Shown one piece after another: positions 25,587-39,785 of a stretch of 64,000 bases of DNA. How positions within the stretch are numbered: the first letter of the stretch is position 1; the number at the start of each line of letters is the position of its first letter. The notes beneath the pieces were generated by a model. That model ran no database searches. It saw nothing but the letters and a program-made list of their open reading frames with translations, and had not been told where the DNA came from. This stretch comes from Parasitella parasitica NRRL 2501 (taxonomy: Eukaryota; Fungi; Mucoromycota), in NCBI GenBank assembly GCA_025201805.1, contig MU619303.1, positions 1 through 64,000 on the forward strand, written 5' to 3'. Position numbers and translations under genes: made by a program.

Positions 25587-27100
25587 CTACACAATGAAAA
25601 GATGAGTTTTTCGCTTGCTGATGCGAATTTTAAACTCATCATTAGATGTATATACAGTGTGTATTCGATTTGCTTCAATGAAATGAATTCATGATATAGC
25701 AATACAAGAAATAAAAAGGAGATTAACTAGTTATTTATATGGTCAATTGAAAACCGCGTTGAATAGAAAATAATGATTTTCGTAAATGTATGGATGGAGG
25801 AAGGGGATGGAGGTATTGGGAAGGCAAATGTTTAATTTTTTTAAAAAAAAATTAAAAAAAAAAAAAAATATCGCTTACACACTGTATAGTGTTCAATGAG
25901 AGGAGCTTTTATCTCTTACCTTGTTTCAACACTAGAAAGTTGTGTGAGAGAGAATAAGTGTAAAAAAAATAAGGTGAGTGTTCAGAGCGGTAAAAAATAG
26001 CAGTGTAGAAGGGAGGGCAGGTAGTTGCAGCTACCAGTAAGATTCAAGATGGTATCAGGATGTCCAATCATTCCTGTATTGCTGCATCCTTACAGTCACG
26101 TATAAAGGAGGGATGAGGAAGGATGGGGGAATGGCATAGCACAGCCGAAGGAAAAATCTTCCAAAACAGTCGTATTACTCAACAAAACAACACCAAAACA
26201 CGTGTATCACTATAAACTAAGCCTTTGAAGCAATTATTAGCATGATGTTTTTCATCATAACATGAAGATGATAACAATAGTTTTATTCACTTTCTTACAA
26301 ATGTAAATGTTGATAAAATTAGTTCAATCCGAGACACGCAACGTATGTTGAAATTTTCTTTTGCGCATTTAGATCACAATTGAGCTTTTTTTTTTTTTTT
26401 TTTAGTTCGTTTACATCAAGAAGCTGTTGGATTCCTTGTTTGGGAAGTATTCGTATTATTGCCGATTTGCTGTTTACCTCGCTTCTCTATATACTTGCTT
26501 TCATCAGACATAATCCAATCAGTCTCCTGTTAAGATAGCTTTAGTATCTTTCATATTACAAATTTGATTCTAATGATATAAAAATAAAGCAGCATTGAGT
26601 TGCTGATAAAAATATACAAATGTCAACGCTTTCAAAATCCGTTTCAATAAGGATTATAATGTCCTTTGTACGTACATTTACTCGCAACAGAGCAATTTAA
26701 ATTTAGGGACCGTTGCTATGGTTACATGTTACATTTGTTCTCATAGCAACTACAGCCAAATGGACATTGTCAGGTATTCAAACAAGTTTCAAACCATCCC
26801 TCAGCAAATGTCGAATAAATAAATATCTTAAATTGGTAACGTTTAGCTCAGCTGAAAAATAAAATAATAAGGTTCGCCGCCCCATTTCAGGAACATATTG
26901 GTCCCAAAATCCAAGACATATATCGCTTTTAATTCAGTCAAAAAAAATTATTTTTAAACGTCAATTGGAGCCATCAAATGCGTATATTTTGCCCATCATA
27001 CAGAATTATTCCTCCTTCTTATCTTTTTCACTTGTTTTTTTTATTTCTTTTCTATTTGCATAGAATTTGAATCTTAAAAACAAAAAATAAAAGACAGGAC

Positions 27101-30100
27101 ATGTCAAACACACCACATCAAATTAATGGAGATAACCATTTTAATAATGCATATAACAACAGCAATAATCAACATGTCCACCCTCAGTATCACAATGGGT
27201 CATCTAACTTGATTGACCAAAATAATACGAATCGACAAAGACCATCCCAAAATTACATGTACCAACAACAACATAATTTACCCGGAGGTGCTGCTACTAC
27301 CACTGCTATTAATAGAATGCCTCAACCAGCAAGACCATTCAATGGTGTCACCTCAACTCACTTGCAGCCAAGCCCATATCATAGAGAATCTAGCAATATC
27401 AATAGATCTAAATCACTGACCAGACCGGAGCGTCAGAGGCCAAGACCTGGCATGATCAATGCCTCCAACAATCTCGGAGCAAGCCAACGTCGTACATCCG
27501 GCTTGAACCATCGTAGAAGCAACTATGGCCACACCGGAGACATCTCTCATAACACACATAATCAGCCAATGTCAAATAACTTGCAAACGCAGCTGGCACA
27601 ACAAAAACAGCAACTGAATCATGGTGCAGTGCCTGTTGCCAGTAACATTTCTGACGTGAGTGAAGAGAAAGAGGAAAAAGAACCCAGTCCACTCAATAAC
27701 TGGTGGGCGTGGATTGCGTTTCTGTGCACATGCTGCTTTCCTAATTATATCATTCGTGTTTGGTTTGGTAAACCAAACAAAAACATGCAGCAAGCATGGA
27801 GAGAAAAGGTATGCACAAACACAAGTTTTTATTTTTTTTATTTTGCAAGAGATTAATTCAAATTAGGTGACATTGTGTTACTTGGTGGGCTGTTTGTGTG
27901 GATTGTTGGCATACGTTATCTACGGTTTAAATGTTGATCTATGTCCAAGAGATAGATTAAGTTATCCTTACTCTGCCATCAGCGCACAGGGTGTTCGTGT
28001 GCCCTCTCAAAGAGAACAAGTTTCTGTATTCGGCCAGGTCTTCCAGTTTGATACTATGCAAGGCTACTTTTCATCTATCAATATGAATTTAACCTCGGAT
28101 TTCCAAGGAATGGAGCTTGGCTCCGTCTTCGATAGTGATACAAAAGGTTACTGTACTCCATTCAAGCAAGGCGACGTTGATCCCACTCTTCCTAGCTGCT
28201 CAGTCACAAGCCCCTATGGCGCTACATTGCGACAAGCAAATGGCTCGTGTGTTCCTCTTGATAGCTTGCATAGATACAGCAACAATGATGATAGAATCAG
28301 CTTTGACTGGGCAGATATCCACACAAGTCTTTCCGAAAGGGAGAATTCAGACATGGTGATCATTGGGGACAGTGTCCTGAACATGACATCTTATTTCCAA
28401 AAGAATGACCCTTCCATCTTTGGTGAACAAGTAGATAGAGCTATTCGAATTTCTCGTGGAAATGACTTGACCTATGCTCTTTTGTACACTCCAGCGGGAA
28501 AGAATGCACGCCATTGTATTGCTGCGAGATATACAGTTGGCACTGCATCTCAAGAAGCCGCAAGTTGTATTGCTGATAACATTATCATGACAGTTATGTT
28601 TGCAGTTATCATTATTATCATTATTATTCGTTATTCCATGGCTTGTCTCTTCCAATGGTTCATTAGTCGTAGATTGACGACACCAGGTGGTCGATCTAAC
28701 TGGTTGGCTTGGCGTTCTATTAAAGGAGGCAATAATGATCCTGCCAACCACATTCCGGGCCCATACAACAACTATGGTCTCATGGCACAAGGATCTGTCA
28801 ACTCATTTAGCAGCGGCTCTGCAAACAACAACAGCAGCAACGGCAACCCAACACTAAGCGTTCAAAGCTCTAATCATGGTCTTAATGGTCATCGTACAGA
28901 CATTGTGGAAACCGAATTGTATACTGTCATGTTGGTTACATGTTATTCAGAAGGTGAAGAGGGCTTACGAACTACTATGGATAGCTTATCGAACACTACT
29001 TATTCCAACAAGCACAAAATCTTTTTCGTTATTGCGGATGGCTTGATTACGGGGGCAGGCGAAACCATGTCTACGCCTGATATCGTTGTGAATATGATGG
29101 ATTTGACTCCTGCCATGACTAACCCTAAACCTTGCTCTTATCTTGCTGTTGCCGATGGTGAAAAGCAACTAAACATGGCCAAGGTATACGCAGGCCATTA
29201 CAACGGAACTGCCTGTGTTACCATTGTAAAATGTGGTACTGAAGAAGAACAGCAAGGCCCAAAACCTGGAAATCGTGGTAAACGTGATTCTCAAGTTATC
29301 TTGATGTCGTTCTTCCAGCGCGTATTGTTCAATGATCGTTTCTGTGAACTGGATTATGAGATATTTTGGAAAATGACTTGGTTGATGAAGGGCGTTACGC
29401 CTGATAAATTTGAAACAGTATTGATGGTGGATGCAGATACTCAAGTGCTTCCCGAGGCCCTGACTTATATGGTCGCTGCTATGGCGAATGATATCACTAT
29501 TATGGGACTTTGTGGCGAAACACGCATTGCTAATAAGCGTGCTTCTTGGGTCTCTGCAATTCAAGTGTTTGAGTACTACATTTCTCATCATTATACAAAG
29601 GCGTTCGAGTCTTTGTTTGGTATGGTCACTTGCTTGCCAGGTTGTTTCAGTATGTATCGTATTAAATCGCCTAAAAACGGGTCCTGGGTCCCCATTTTGG
29701 CTAACCCAGACATCATTATGGAATACAATCAAAATGTGGTTACTACACTCCACGAAAAGAACCTGCTGCTCCTTGGTGAAGATCGCTTCTTGTCTACTCT
29801 GATGCTGCGTACATTTCCCAAACGCCAAATGATGTTTGTGCCCAATGCTCGTTGTCGTACAGTAGTTCCCGATGAATTTGGTGTATTACTGTCTCAGCGT
29901 CGTCGATGGATCAACTCTACAGTACACAATTTAATGGAATTGGTGCTGGTATCTGATCTCTGTGGCATCTCTTTCTTGTCCATGCAATTTTCTGTGTTTA
30001 TTGATTTGATCGGTACATTTGTTCTTCCTGCAGCCATTGTCATGTCTATTTATTTGATTGTTGAAACTGCCATCACACCCAACCCTCAATGGCAATCGCT

Positions 30101-30536
30101 TGGTCTTTTGATTGCTATCCTAGTTTTGCCTGCGGTCTTGATTACAATCACTACATTGAAGTTTGTCTATGTGTTGTGGATGATTAGTAAGTGCGTCATA
30201 GCGTATATTTGTTTTGCAGTAATTGACTCGTGTATTTTAGTTTATATTTGCGCTTTACCCATTTGGAACATGGTGTTACCCTTGTATTCATTCTGGCATT
30301 TTGATGATTTCAGCTGGGGCGCTACTCGTGTAGTCGTGGGCGAAAAGAAGGGGGATTCACATGGTGATGCAGACGGCAAATTTGACTCAAAGAGATTGGT
30401 CTTGAAGAAGTGGGAGGATTGGGAAGCAGAGCGTACTGGCCATCGTCAAAGTCGTAAATTCCACCTTAAAACGCCTCAGCAGGATGTATTTTCTGCATTT
30501 GATGGTGTAAAGTATCACTCTCCATTCTTTAAATAA
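27101..30536 (+). CDS. Chitin synthase, division 2 (class IV, Chs3-like)
   Basis: [61 protein letters not shown]. Introns at 27809-27866 and 30187-30240. Confidence 0.93.
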
Positions 30537-32236
30537 CGTTTCGTTTGCTTTTTAGAACATCATATCCTCTCATTTCTTTAGGCAGTAATTATTTTGTATT
30601 CTTTCTTGTAATATATATATCGTAGTTGATAATTAAAACTCTTGATAAGCATTTTGGCAAAGTCAAATTGGAATCTCGAACGGCATATCATCCTGTCTAT
30701 ATATTAACTAATTTTCTGCGCTCTAGGAATACTACTCGCATGTGCAACAATCATGATGCTAAAAATAGCTCTGTCAGATTGCGGATGTTTTACATTAACT
30801 CATATATGTCATTTAATATACACCATTATACCTTGGTTCAGTGAACCGTTTAACCATGCAACCCACAGAGAGATAAGCCCCACGGTACAGATGTATATTA
30901 GTCTTATAGCATATATCCATTTACATGAATTGTTCAACATTTTACTAATCGATAATATATATTGGTTTTATAATATTATACAGAAACCCGGATACCACCA
31001 ATTTTTTTTTGTTTTTGTTTTTGTTTGAGAAATTTGATCGATTGTGATGCTAGATTCAGCATGCCACGCTGCTCTTCAATCACCGTTTGACACGATATGA
31101 GAAGTCGATAATGATATTTGCCTCAGTGAGATACAAGTTTCTCAACGATAAAGAGTAAACTTTTTAATTTTGTCATTAATTTGAATTAATCAAGTATAAT
31201 AAGACCTAATGGTTCATATCTTTGGATACTGTAGGCTCTCCACTATAGTACCAACTAGCCCATATGTCGATCAGCTGCAGTAATTGGCCAGGAAGCTTAT
31301 TTACATCTATTAGTAATTTTTATTATACACGAACAACTTTAAAACAATTATTCTTTAAAGAGAGTTGTTCTTTTTATACTGGTTAGTCTATACCAGTAAA
31401 TTTCTTATAAAAAAGCATATACATATCTTTATTTTTTTTTTTTTTTTAATAAAGCGTGTTATATCAAAAGAGCCTTCATATTAGACCCTGGACCAAGACA
31501 CCTAGACGACAAGCACTAATGCATGTATTACACGGTACATTTAAATGTACATTATTTAGCCAAACACTTTATTGACACATAATGCCTTTAAAAGTTCATC
31601 AATAAAAGCTGTTATTTCTGCACAAAGAAAAGTAGTGGATTGGAAATGGTGTTTAATAAGATTTATAAAATCGTAAAGCTGCCTTTTATCTCCTGGTATG
31701 ATTTTGTATAAGGATGAATGCCCTTGAAAATTGACGAGGATGCCAACCAAGCAACAAGTTATGCTTAGTTTGGATTTGTCGTCTTAATCATCACAATCCC
31801 ATTTTCTGTGGATCGCCCAACGTTAACAAGCAATACAGTGAGCCTCAACTGATGACAAATGACACCTTGAGCCGACTTTATTGTACAATCTGTTGATAAG
31901 GATCGCCGTTCCATGGCCCAAAATAAAAGGAACAGGAGCACGCAATTGAACAATTTCGAGCCAATCCAAAGCTTGATTGCATTTGTCTACTACTCAAATT
32001 GACACTGTGAGACGCTAATGTCTCGCTCTTTATACAAGTTTGACGTGACCTAATGCATATCCCATTGGCCGTGGATAGCTCTAAAACGTCACTTTTACCT
32101 GATAGCCATGGCATATAAAAAAAAGGAGACAAAGAGGAAGCCCGAAATTAAAAAAAAAAAAAAAGCACTCTCACCCTTTTTTCCCTTTCTTTTTCAACAT
32201 AAAGGATTTTATCAATTCTAACCAAAAGTCTTCAAC

Positions 32237-33253
32237 ATGACCACGCTTTTATCAAACATGCAATTGATAAACCAACAACAAAAGGATACCCTGCAAAGAT
32301 TCATTCAATCAAGGACTGTCGGTGATGTTTTGGACAAAGCCAAGCCTGGCCTCCGTGATTTGGTTGATCTCCCTCTGACCTGCACTGTGGAAGATGCCTT
32401 GGATCTGCTTTTAGCCAAGGACATTTTATCCGTTCCAATCTATCATATTGAAGGCAATGAAAAGAAGTATGTTGCCATTGTAAGTGCTTTGGATTTACTC
32501 AAGTTGCTGAGTGCAAAGGTAAACGTGTAAAAAAAAAAAAAAAAAAAAAATTTGTGTAATGATCGTGAGAAATTAAAAAACGGGCAGGTCTCCATAGAGA
32601 CGTTGCAATCAAACAGTGACACCCTGTTAATGCAGCTAAGCGAAGCTATATCCATTTCAGAGCCATTGGCTATTCTCAAGACAACTGATAGCTTGGATCA
32701 ACTTCTCCCTCTTCTGAGCGTTGAAAAGGTTCACCGCGTCTTGGTTCAACAAGCCTCTTCCTCAAACTTTGTGTTACTTTCTCAAATGGACTTGATCCGC
32801 TTTTTTCAAGCGAATAATCATCACATTGGCTCGTCCGTGTTGGATCTACCTGTAGATAAAATCAAGTCTTCCGGCATCAGATCAAGCATTAATTTCAAAT
32901 GTACGGCAGCGGTGGCTTTTTTAAAATTAGCTGCTGACGCACATATCAGTGCGCTTCCTATAGTTGATGATAATAACGACCTTATCGGGGAGATCAGCGC
33001 CCAAGATTTACGTGGTTTGAACAGAAACCGATGGGATTCACTCTTGAAGCCTGTTGTGATGTATTTAAAGGCTAGCCATGGCGATTTGTATGCTCCATTA
33101 ACTTGCCATGATCGCTTCACACTGTCCCAAATTATGTCGGCTTTTGTCTTGCGTAAAACACATCGGCTTTGGTGGATGAATTACGAAACTGGGGAACTGA
33201 GAGGCGTTGTTACATTGACTGATATTTTGTCCACTTTTACATCAATACATTAA
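32237..33253 (+). CDS. Tandem CBS-domain protein (AMPK-gamma/Sds23-like)
   Basis: Four CBS-like units (ILSVPI, HRVLV, ISALPIVD, HRLWW...GVVTLTDIL). One intron at ~32519-32588. Confidence 0.8.
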
Positions 33254-33695
33254 AATTATGGATATTCTAAATTTCTTGGCCGTTGAAGATGTCATGTTGT
33301 TGGATTTGAGGTTTTTACACCCTTACTGGGTAATCTGACGGTCAGTTATGACTACAGGCACCCTTGGCCCAAGGAACCTCAATGATTTAATGATCCACCT
33401 CCGAGAATTTTCATGCAGCTTTAACTTTGCAGATACGACGTTGAAAATGCTGCGAGTACTCGCTGCAAGTCGACATATTCTTGTGTTTATTTTTTTTGGT
33501 CTATCACGCCTTCTGTAATGGAACTCCATTAGTAAACTTCTTGATCTCTTGTTTGTTTGTCGTGTTGACATCAGTAATACTGCAGCAGGTTGAGCATCAT
33601 GTGAAGTGACACAAAAAGTGTGCTGAAGAAAAGCAACAATAACACAACGCCTTGTTTTGTCTTCTTTTCCTTATAATATCTTGATTTCTATTAAA

Positions 33696-34223
33696 ATGGA
33701 GGAATCCCCTTTTTATCCACCACAACTGCATCACCAACAAAATATAACAGCCACTGTTCCACCACATCGTGCAAGGTCTTCTTCATCTCCTCATCTCCCG
33801 ATGTCGCCACCATCATTGAATCACAACTCTTTTCCGCCTTCTTCAAATCACTCTTCTCAAAATCACATTTACCCACCTTTTCAACCACAAGGACAGCCAG
33901 CTTTTCAGCCGTATCCGGTGCCGTTACAGCAAAATCGGCAAGTGCGGCGATACAAGACAATAAAACGACTTGTACAAATACCCAAAGGTAAACTCGTACT
34001 GGACTGCCCTGTCCCAATTCAGTATTTGGAGCGAGTGCCACTTCGCGATCCAAAGGAATTCAACATGGTGAGATATACAGCCATCACATGCGACGCCAAC
34101 GAGTTTCACCAAAAGAAATATACGCTTCGACAAGAAATTATGAAAAGAGAAACTGAAATTGCGATTTGTATTACAATGTATAATGTCAGTTCTCGCAGTA
34201 ATTCTTGATCTTGATCTCAGCAC

Positions 34224-34264
<41 letters not shown>

Positions 34265-36594
34265 TTTTTTTTTTTTTTTTTTTTTTGATAGGAAGATGAG
34301 ATTTTATTGTCAAGAACACTACATGGTGTCATGAAGAATTTGACACAGCTAACTAAACGGTATCGGTCTCGTATTTGGGTAAGCTGCTGCCGTTACTTGG
34401 CTCTATGGAAACAGCGTTGATTCGAGTTATTTACTTTTAGGGCGAGCATTCCTGGCAAAAGGTGGTAATTTGCATCATAGCAGATGGAAGAGAGAAAATA
34501 CATCCAAGGGTCCTGGATATGCTCTCTGTCCTGGGAGTCTATCAGGAAGGGATTGCAAAAAGTACTGTCAACGAAAATCCTGTTCATGCGCATCTATACG
34601 AGGTTTGCACTGGTTATACACAGCAGCGAGATGATTTTGTATACTAACGTGTTTTCCACCCAAAAACAAAAAAAAAGTATACGTCTCAATTGTCACTCAC
34701 GCCAGACCTCACGTACAAGGGTGCTATTAACGATATTGTACCTGCACAGATCGTATTTTGCTTGAAAGAAAAGAACCAGCGCAAGATCAACTCTCATCGC
34801 TGGTTTTTTCAAGCAATATGTCCTATTCTCAGGCCCAATGTGTGTATCCTGATGGACGTTGGAACGAAGCCGGGCCCTCACTCGATTTACAAGTTATGGC
34901 TGCCATTTGAAAAGCATCGGGACATTGGCGGCGCTTGCGGTGAAGTACGTGCTATGACAGGAAAGGGTGGTATATACTTGATGAACCCATTAGTAGCTGC
35001 GCAGAATTTCGAGTACAAAATCTCCAATATATTAGACAAGCCATTGGAAAGCGTGCTGGGTTACATTCAAGTATTGCCAGGCGCATTTTCAGCATACCGC
35101 TATGCAGCAATTCAAAACGATTTGACAGGTGAAGGGCCATTGAAAAAGTATTTTCTGGGAGATACGTCTAGTGCCAATGTATCTGAAGGGATTTTTGAAG
35201 CCAATATGTATTTGGCAGAGGATCGTATCCTATGTTATGAGTTGGTAGCAAAGGCAAAGTCGCAATGGAGGCTTCATTATGTGTCTGGTGCGTATGGTGA
35301 AACAGACGTGCCTTTTTCTGTGGCAGAATTTATATCCCAAAGACGACGATGGCTAAATGGTATGCACAAGCCCATGTATAAAGTAACTTGATTATGCTTA
35401 CAGTGTAGATGGTATGTAACTGTATAGGGTCTTTCTTTGCTGGTGTTTACAGTCTGGTGCACTGGGGGAAAATCTTGAATACAAATCATACAGCAGGACG
35501 CAAATGTCTACTGATCATCGAACTGATCTACTTATGTATCAACTGGTTGTTTTCATGGTTCGCCTTGGTACGTATACTGTACTTGTGTGGCCTTATGTCG
35601 AATGCATAGTATTGATGATTCACTAGGGGAATTTTTTCCTCAGTTTTTACATATTAACAGGTTCATTAGCGGTAATGGAACGACCGCCATTCTCATCAGA
35701 AGCAGCGAGCATCGTCCACACAGTGCTGACATACATATATGCGGTTTTGATTATCTGTTTATTTCTGATTGCAATGGGTAATAGGCCCCAGGGGTATGTG
35801 AAGCGAATGTCAAGAATTTCACTAAAGGATACGGGCTAACACACCCTCTTTGCCCTAGATCCCAAGGTTCATACGGCTTAATCATGCTTTTTTTTTCGTT
35901 GCTCATGATTTATGTCATCTTCTCATCTGCTTGGATTGTGTATGTTGGTATTTCAACAGAGCTGTCAAAGCCTCAGGAGATATCCAGTCTACTGTCAAAT
36001 GGGCCATTTCGAGATATTATTGTATCTATGGCCTCAACATTTGGTGTGTTTGTGCTGTCTGGTATTATTTTCTTTGATCCGTGGCATATGTTGACTAGTT
36101 TTGTCCAGTATTTTATGCTGACACCATCTTATATCAACATCCTAAACACCTATGCATTCTGTAATACGCATGATGTGAGTTGGGGAACCAAAGATATCTT
36201 TGAAAATATACCGTACTTAGGTCATGTCAAAACCAAGGCAGACGAGACAACTGCTGAAATAGTGTTACCCCAGCAAAAGGACGTAGGATACCTGTACGAG
36301 GAGTCGTTCCGCAACCTCCAAAAGAAAAGCTCAAAAAAGGGCAAGAAATTCATCGATGCAAAGACACGGCAGGAGGATTATTATCGAAATTTCCGCACAA
36401 GACTAGTTGTATGCTGGATTTTCACAAATCTAATATTGGTCATTTTGGTTGGAACGCTGGATAATCTAGGAAGACTGGGCAACTTTGACGACAGAACAAA
36501 CAGCTACATGTGCTTCATTCTTTGGAGTGTCACTGGCCTCTCTTTGTTTCGCTTTATAGGCTGCATTATTTACAGGCTTTTATCCTTTTTTTAA
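33696..36594 (+). CDS. Chitin synthase, division 1 (class I/II-like)
   Basis: [76 protein letters not shown] across ~7 exons. Confidence 0.92.
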
Positions 36595-36599
36595 TATAG

Positions 36600-37320
36600 T
36601 GTTCGTTTATTTTGGGGCTGATTTTCCTGGAGGGTCAGAATAAGTTGGAGAGGAATGTTTGATGACAGAGGCCTACTCGGCAGATGAGGGGGGTGGATCC
36701 TCAGCCATGTTAGTATCATGGAACAGAATCATGATTTTAGATAGCTTGCTGTCGAAATCCTACTGAAGAAATTGGTCTTGAGAGACCAAGTATTGGGTCG
36801 TTTCAGCACATTCCTGGGAGCTCTACTGGGTGGGTAGTTGCAATAGTGGCGAGCTGAGTCATTGTGGACATCTGAGCGGACAATGATTTGAATTCAGGAG
36901 AGGTGGGATCAGGAGAGGCAGAATCGTCTCCTGATTTGCAGCACACAGGTCCTTCTGAGTGAGGTCGGTCAGATCCGTTTAGAAAAAGAGGCTTTTTTTT
37001 TTTTTTTTTTTTTTTTTTTTGCAGAGAGTCAGAAGGTTTTTCAGCAGGTGCTGGCGAAAGAAGAGGATGATCGATCTCCAAAGGAAAATAGGCGGTGAAG
37101 AGGGCGGGTGGCAAGGTGGGATCGATAAGAAGGAACGATGCAAAGGGCGGGGATGTATCCTCTGGAATGGCGAGGTGATTGTCCAGTAGGACGTTGGAAT
37201 GTAGTGTTGGAGCGGTGGAACCGGTAATGCTTGTGGTGGAGGGTGATAGTGTATAAAGTGACGGGCGGTGTTTCGAACTAGCAAAAGAAGTAATGTCTGG
37301 AGGAAGAACCTGAATGCCTC
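36600..37320 (-). mobile_element. GC-richer island, possibly a LINE ORF1 3' remnant
   Basis: C-rich minus strand encoding a P/S/T-rich stretch, ending near DTNMAEDPPPSSAE*, and interrupted by an A-run. Composition resembles the LINE; there is no diagnostic motif. Confidence 0.25.
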
Positions 37321-37402
37321 TCCTTTTCTCTCCATCTCTCTCTCTTTTTTTCTTGGAAAAAAAAAAAAAAAAAGAACAAAAAAAAACGCATCTTACAGTT
37401 AT

Positions 37403-39151
37403 ATGCCAAACAGAATACCCTTATTTGCACTGTTCATCTTATTGAGAAGTATAGTGGGGCATCCTTTAGCATCTTTATTAAATGAACCCATTGTCGATCC
37501 TCCTGTCATCTATGAATCGCCTGAGTTTTGGGAAAGGCTATTCAGCATCACATTTCTGGTTCTTTTAGGCGGAGTATTTGCTGGTAAGGCAATCCTCAAC
37601 ATGTGAAATCGATTAGTGAGTCTGATCTGCTAAAACTCCCAACGTAGGTCTTACTATTGGGCTGATGGGCCTTGACCAAACGAATCTCCATGTGCTGATT
37701 CAATCCGGATCGCCTTCAGAAAGGGAGAACGCCAAAAAAGTATTGGCATTGTTGGAAAGAGGTAAACATTGGGTTTTAGTGACGTTATTGCTGTCCAATG
37801 TCATTGTAAATGAAACTCTGCCTATTCTTTTGGATGGCGTCTTGGGAGGTGGATGGCAGGCAGTAGTGATCTCCACTGCACTAATTGTAATTTTTGGAGA
37901 GTAAGTTAATTGCATGCTTTTACGGACTGGCTATTGACCATTGCATTTGTCTTGTAGAGTGATACCTCAATGTAAGGTGAAGCATCCCATTTTGACTGAT
38001 TAATCTAATTTTTTTTTTGTTTTTGTTTGGTGTAGCCATATGTGTTCGACACGGTTTAGCAATAGGCGCAAAAACTGCCTGGTAAGATTCAATATAAGCA
38101 TCAGGAGAGATGGGATTCTTGGCTAACCAAGAAATTTTAGGGCCGTTCTCATTTTGATGTACATTATGTATCCAATTGCTTATCCAACAGCATTGTTGCT
38201 GGATTTCTTTCTTGGTGAATCTCATGGAACAGTGTACAAAAAGGCTGGTCTCAAATCGCTCGTGTCACTCCATCAAGCAGTACATCCTTCAGACGTAGAC
38301 GCACTCACAGCAGATGAAGTTACCATTATTGGGGCCGTGCTTGATCTAAAGTCAAAGCCTGTCTCGTTCATCATGACGCCCATGAATGACGTCTTTACAC
38401 TATCGACAGAAGACATTTTGAATGAAGAGCTGGTAGATAAAGTAAGGGACTGATTTACAAAGGAGCGGCTGGCATAATGAATTTACATATTTGTACTAGA
38501 TCTTGACTGCAGGCTATTCTCGTATCCCTGTTCATACACCTGAGGACAAAGAAAACTTCATCGGGATGTTGTTAACAAAGCGGTTGATTGCTTATGACCC
38601 TGAAGACGCATTACCATTGAAGCAATTGCCCTTGAACACTCTTCCAGAAACATGCCCAGATACAAGTTGTTTGGATATCTTGAATTTCTTCCAGGAGGGC
38701 AAAAGTATGCATATTTTAATACCCTATAGTTCAAGTAGTCTTTGTCAATTAATTATCTCCTTGCTTTGGTTTAAAATAGGTCATATGGCAATAGTCTCCA
38801 GCAATCCAGGTAGCTCAAGCGGTGCTCTGGGCGTAATTACATTGGAAGATGTCATAGAAGAATTGATAGGAGAGGTATGCATTAAAGGATTATTGGTGGA
38901 TGTGTTACTCATGCTGTAATCAAACAGGAAATCATTGACGAAACAGACGTCTACATAGATGGTGAGCTCCTTTCACAGTTTGATTTGATATTTAGATACC
39001 CAATTGACTAACCCGTCTTGATGTAGTACGAAACAAAATTCGTGTTGTTCGCCGGCAAATGATGAGCAAACGAAATACGTATTTGACAGCCAGAAAAAAG
39101 AGTGCACCAAACGATAGATCTGCTGAAAAGCCATCCTATGGTGCTATTTAA
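37403..39151 (+). CDS. MAM3: CNNM/DUF21-CBS divalent metal transporter, Mam3-like
   Basis: [85 protein letters not shown]. About nine exons, including a 14-nt micro-exon. Confidence 0.88.
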
Positions 39152-39265
39152 TGCAGTTTTCGCCTCCAACAATACTCAATAAAGTTTTTAACAAAATAAC
39201 ATGTAATATTGATCGTTTCAACGTGATTATTTTTATTGAATGGTGCTGCAAAAGTGAATTGAAAT

Positions 39266-39785
39266 CTAGTTGGCCTTTCTACGGAAAGAGCAACCTACAA
39301 AACTGGATCAATATATGATTCCATCTACCGAAATCAAAGTACTATTACCTTCAGTCAAACGAGCACGGCCACCAGTAGGTTGACAGAGGACGGTACCGCA
39401 AGAAGAACACAAGACAACAGTTTGGGCGTGGCTGAAGACAGTGCTGATGTTCAAACAACCTTTTACAATGTTTAGCTTTTCGAGAATCTTGTAAAAAAAA
39501 AAATGAAAATAAAAAAAAAGACTTACCGGGACACTTGACATCCATGAAATAAGAATTGGGAGATTGCACTAAACGCTTGAGCTTATGAGAACGCTTCTCG
39601 TGTTCGACAGAGGGGTTCAAGAGATCAATAGCCAACTATAAATTGAAATCGTTGGTTAATCTGATACTATTGTGCCTGCAGACACATCCATCCAAAATTT
39701 GAAAAATTCACTGGATCTAATACACATCCATCCTCATACAGATTATCTCTTTTATCTCTTATTATCCAAGTGTACTTACAGTCAT
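39266..39785 (-). CDS. RPS27: 40S ribosomal protein eS27
   Basis: MT|[82 protein letters not shown]; three introns. Confidence 0.96.

Noticed and set aside
29169-29828. Long antisense ORFs opposite CHS, PHO89, the FARAT-like gene and TSR1
   Set aside because: Shadow ORFs of real coding strands, with no recognisable motifs.
34226-34288. Very long T/A homopolymers (also ~2637-2677 and ~36993-37020)
   Set aside because: Common in AT-rich introns and spacers; lengths may be assembly artefacts.
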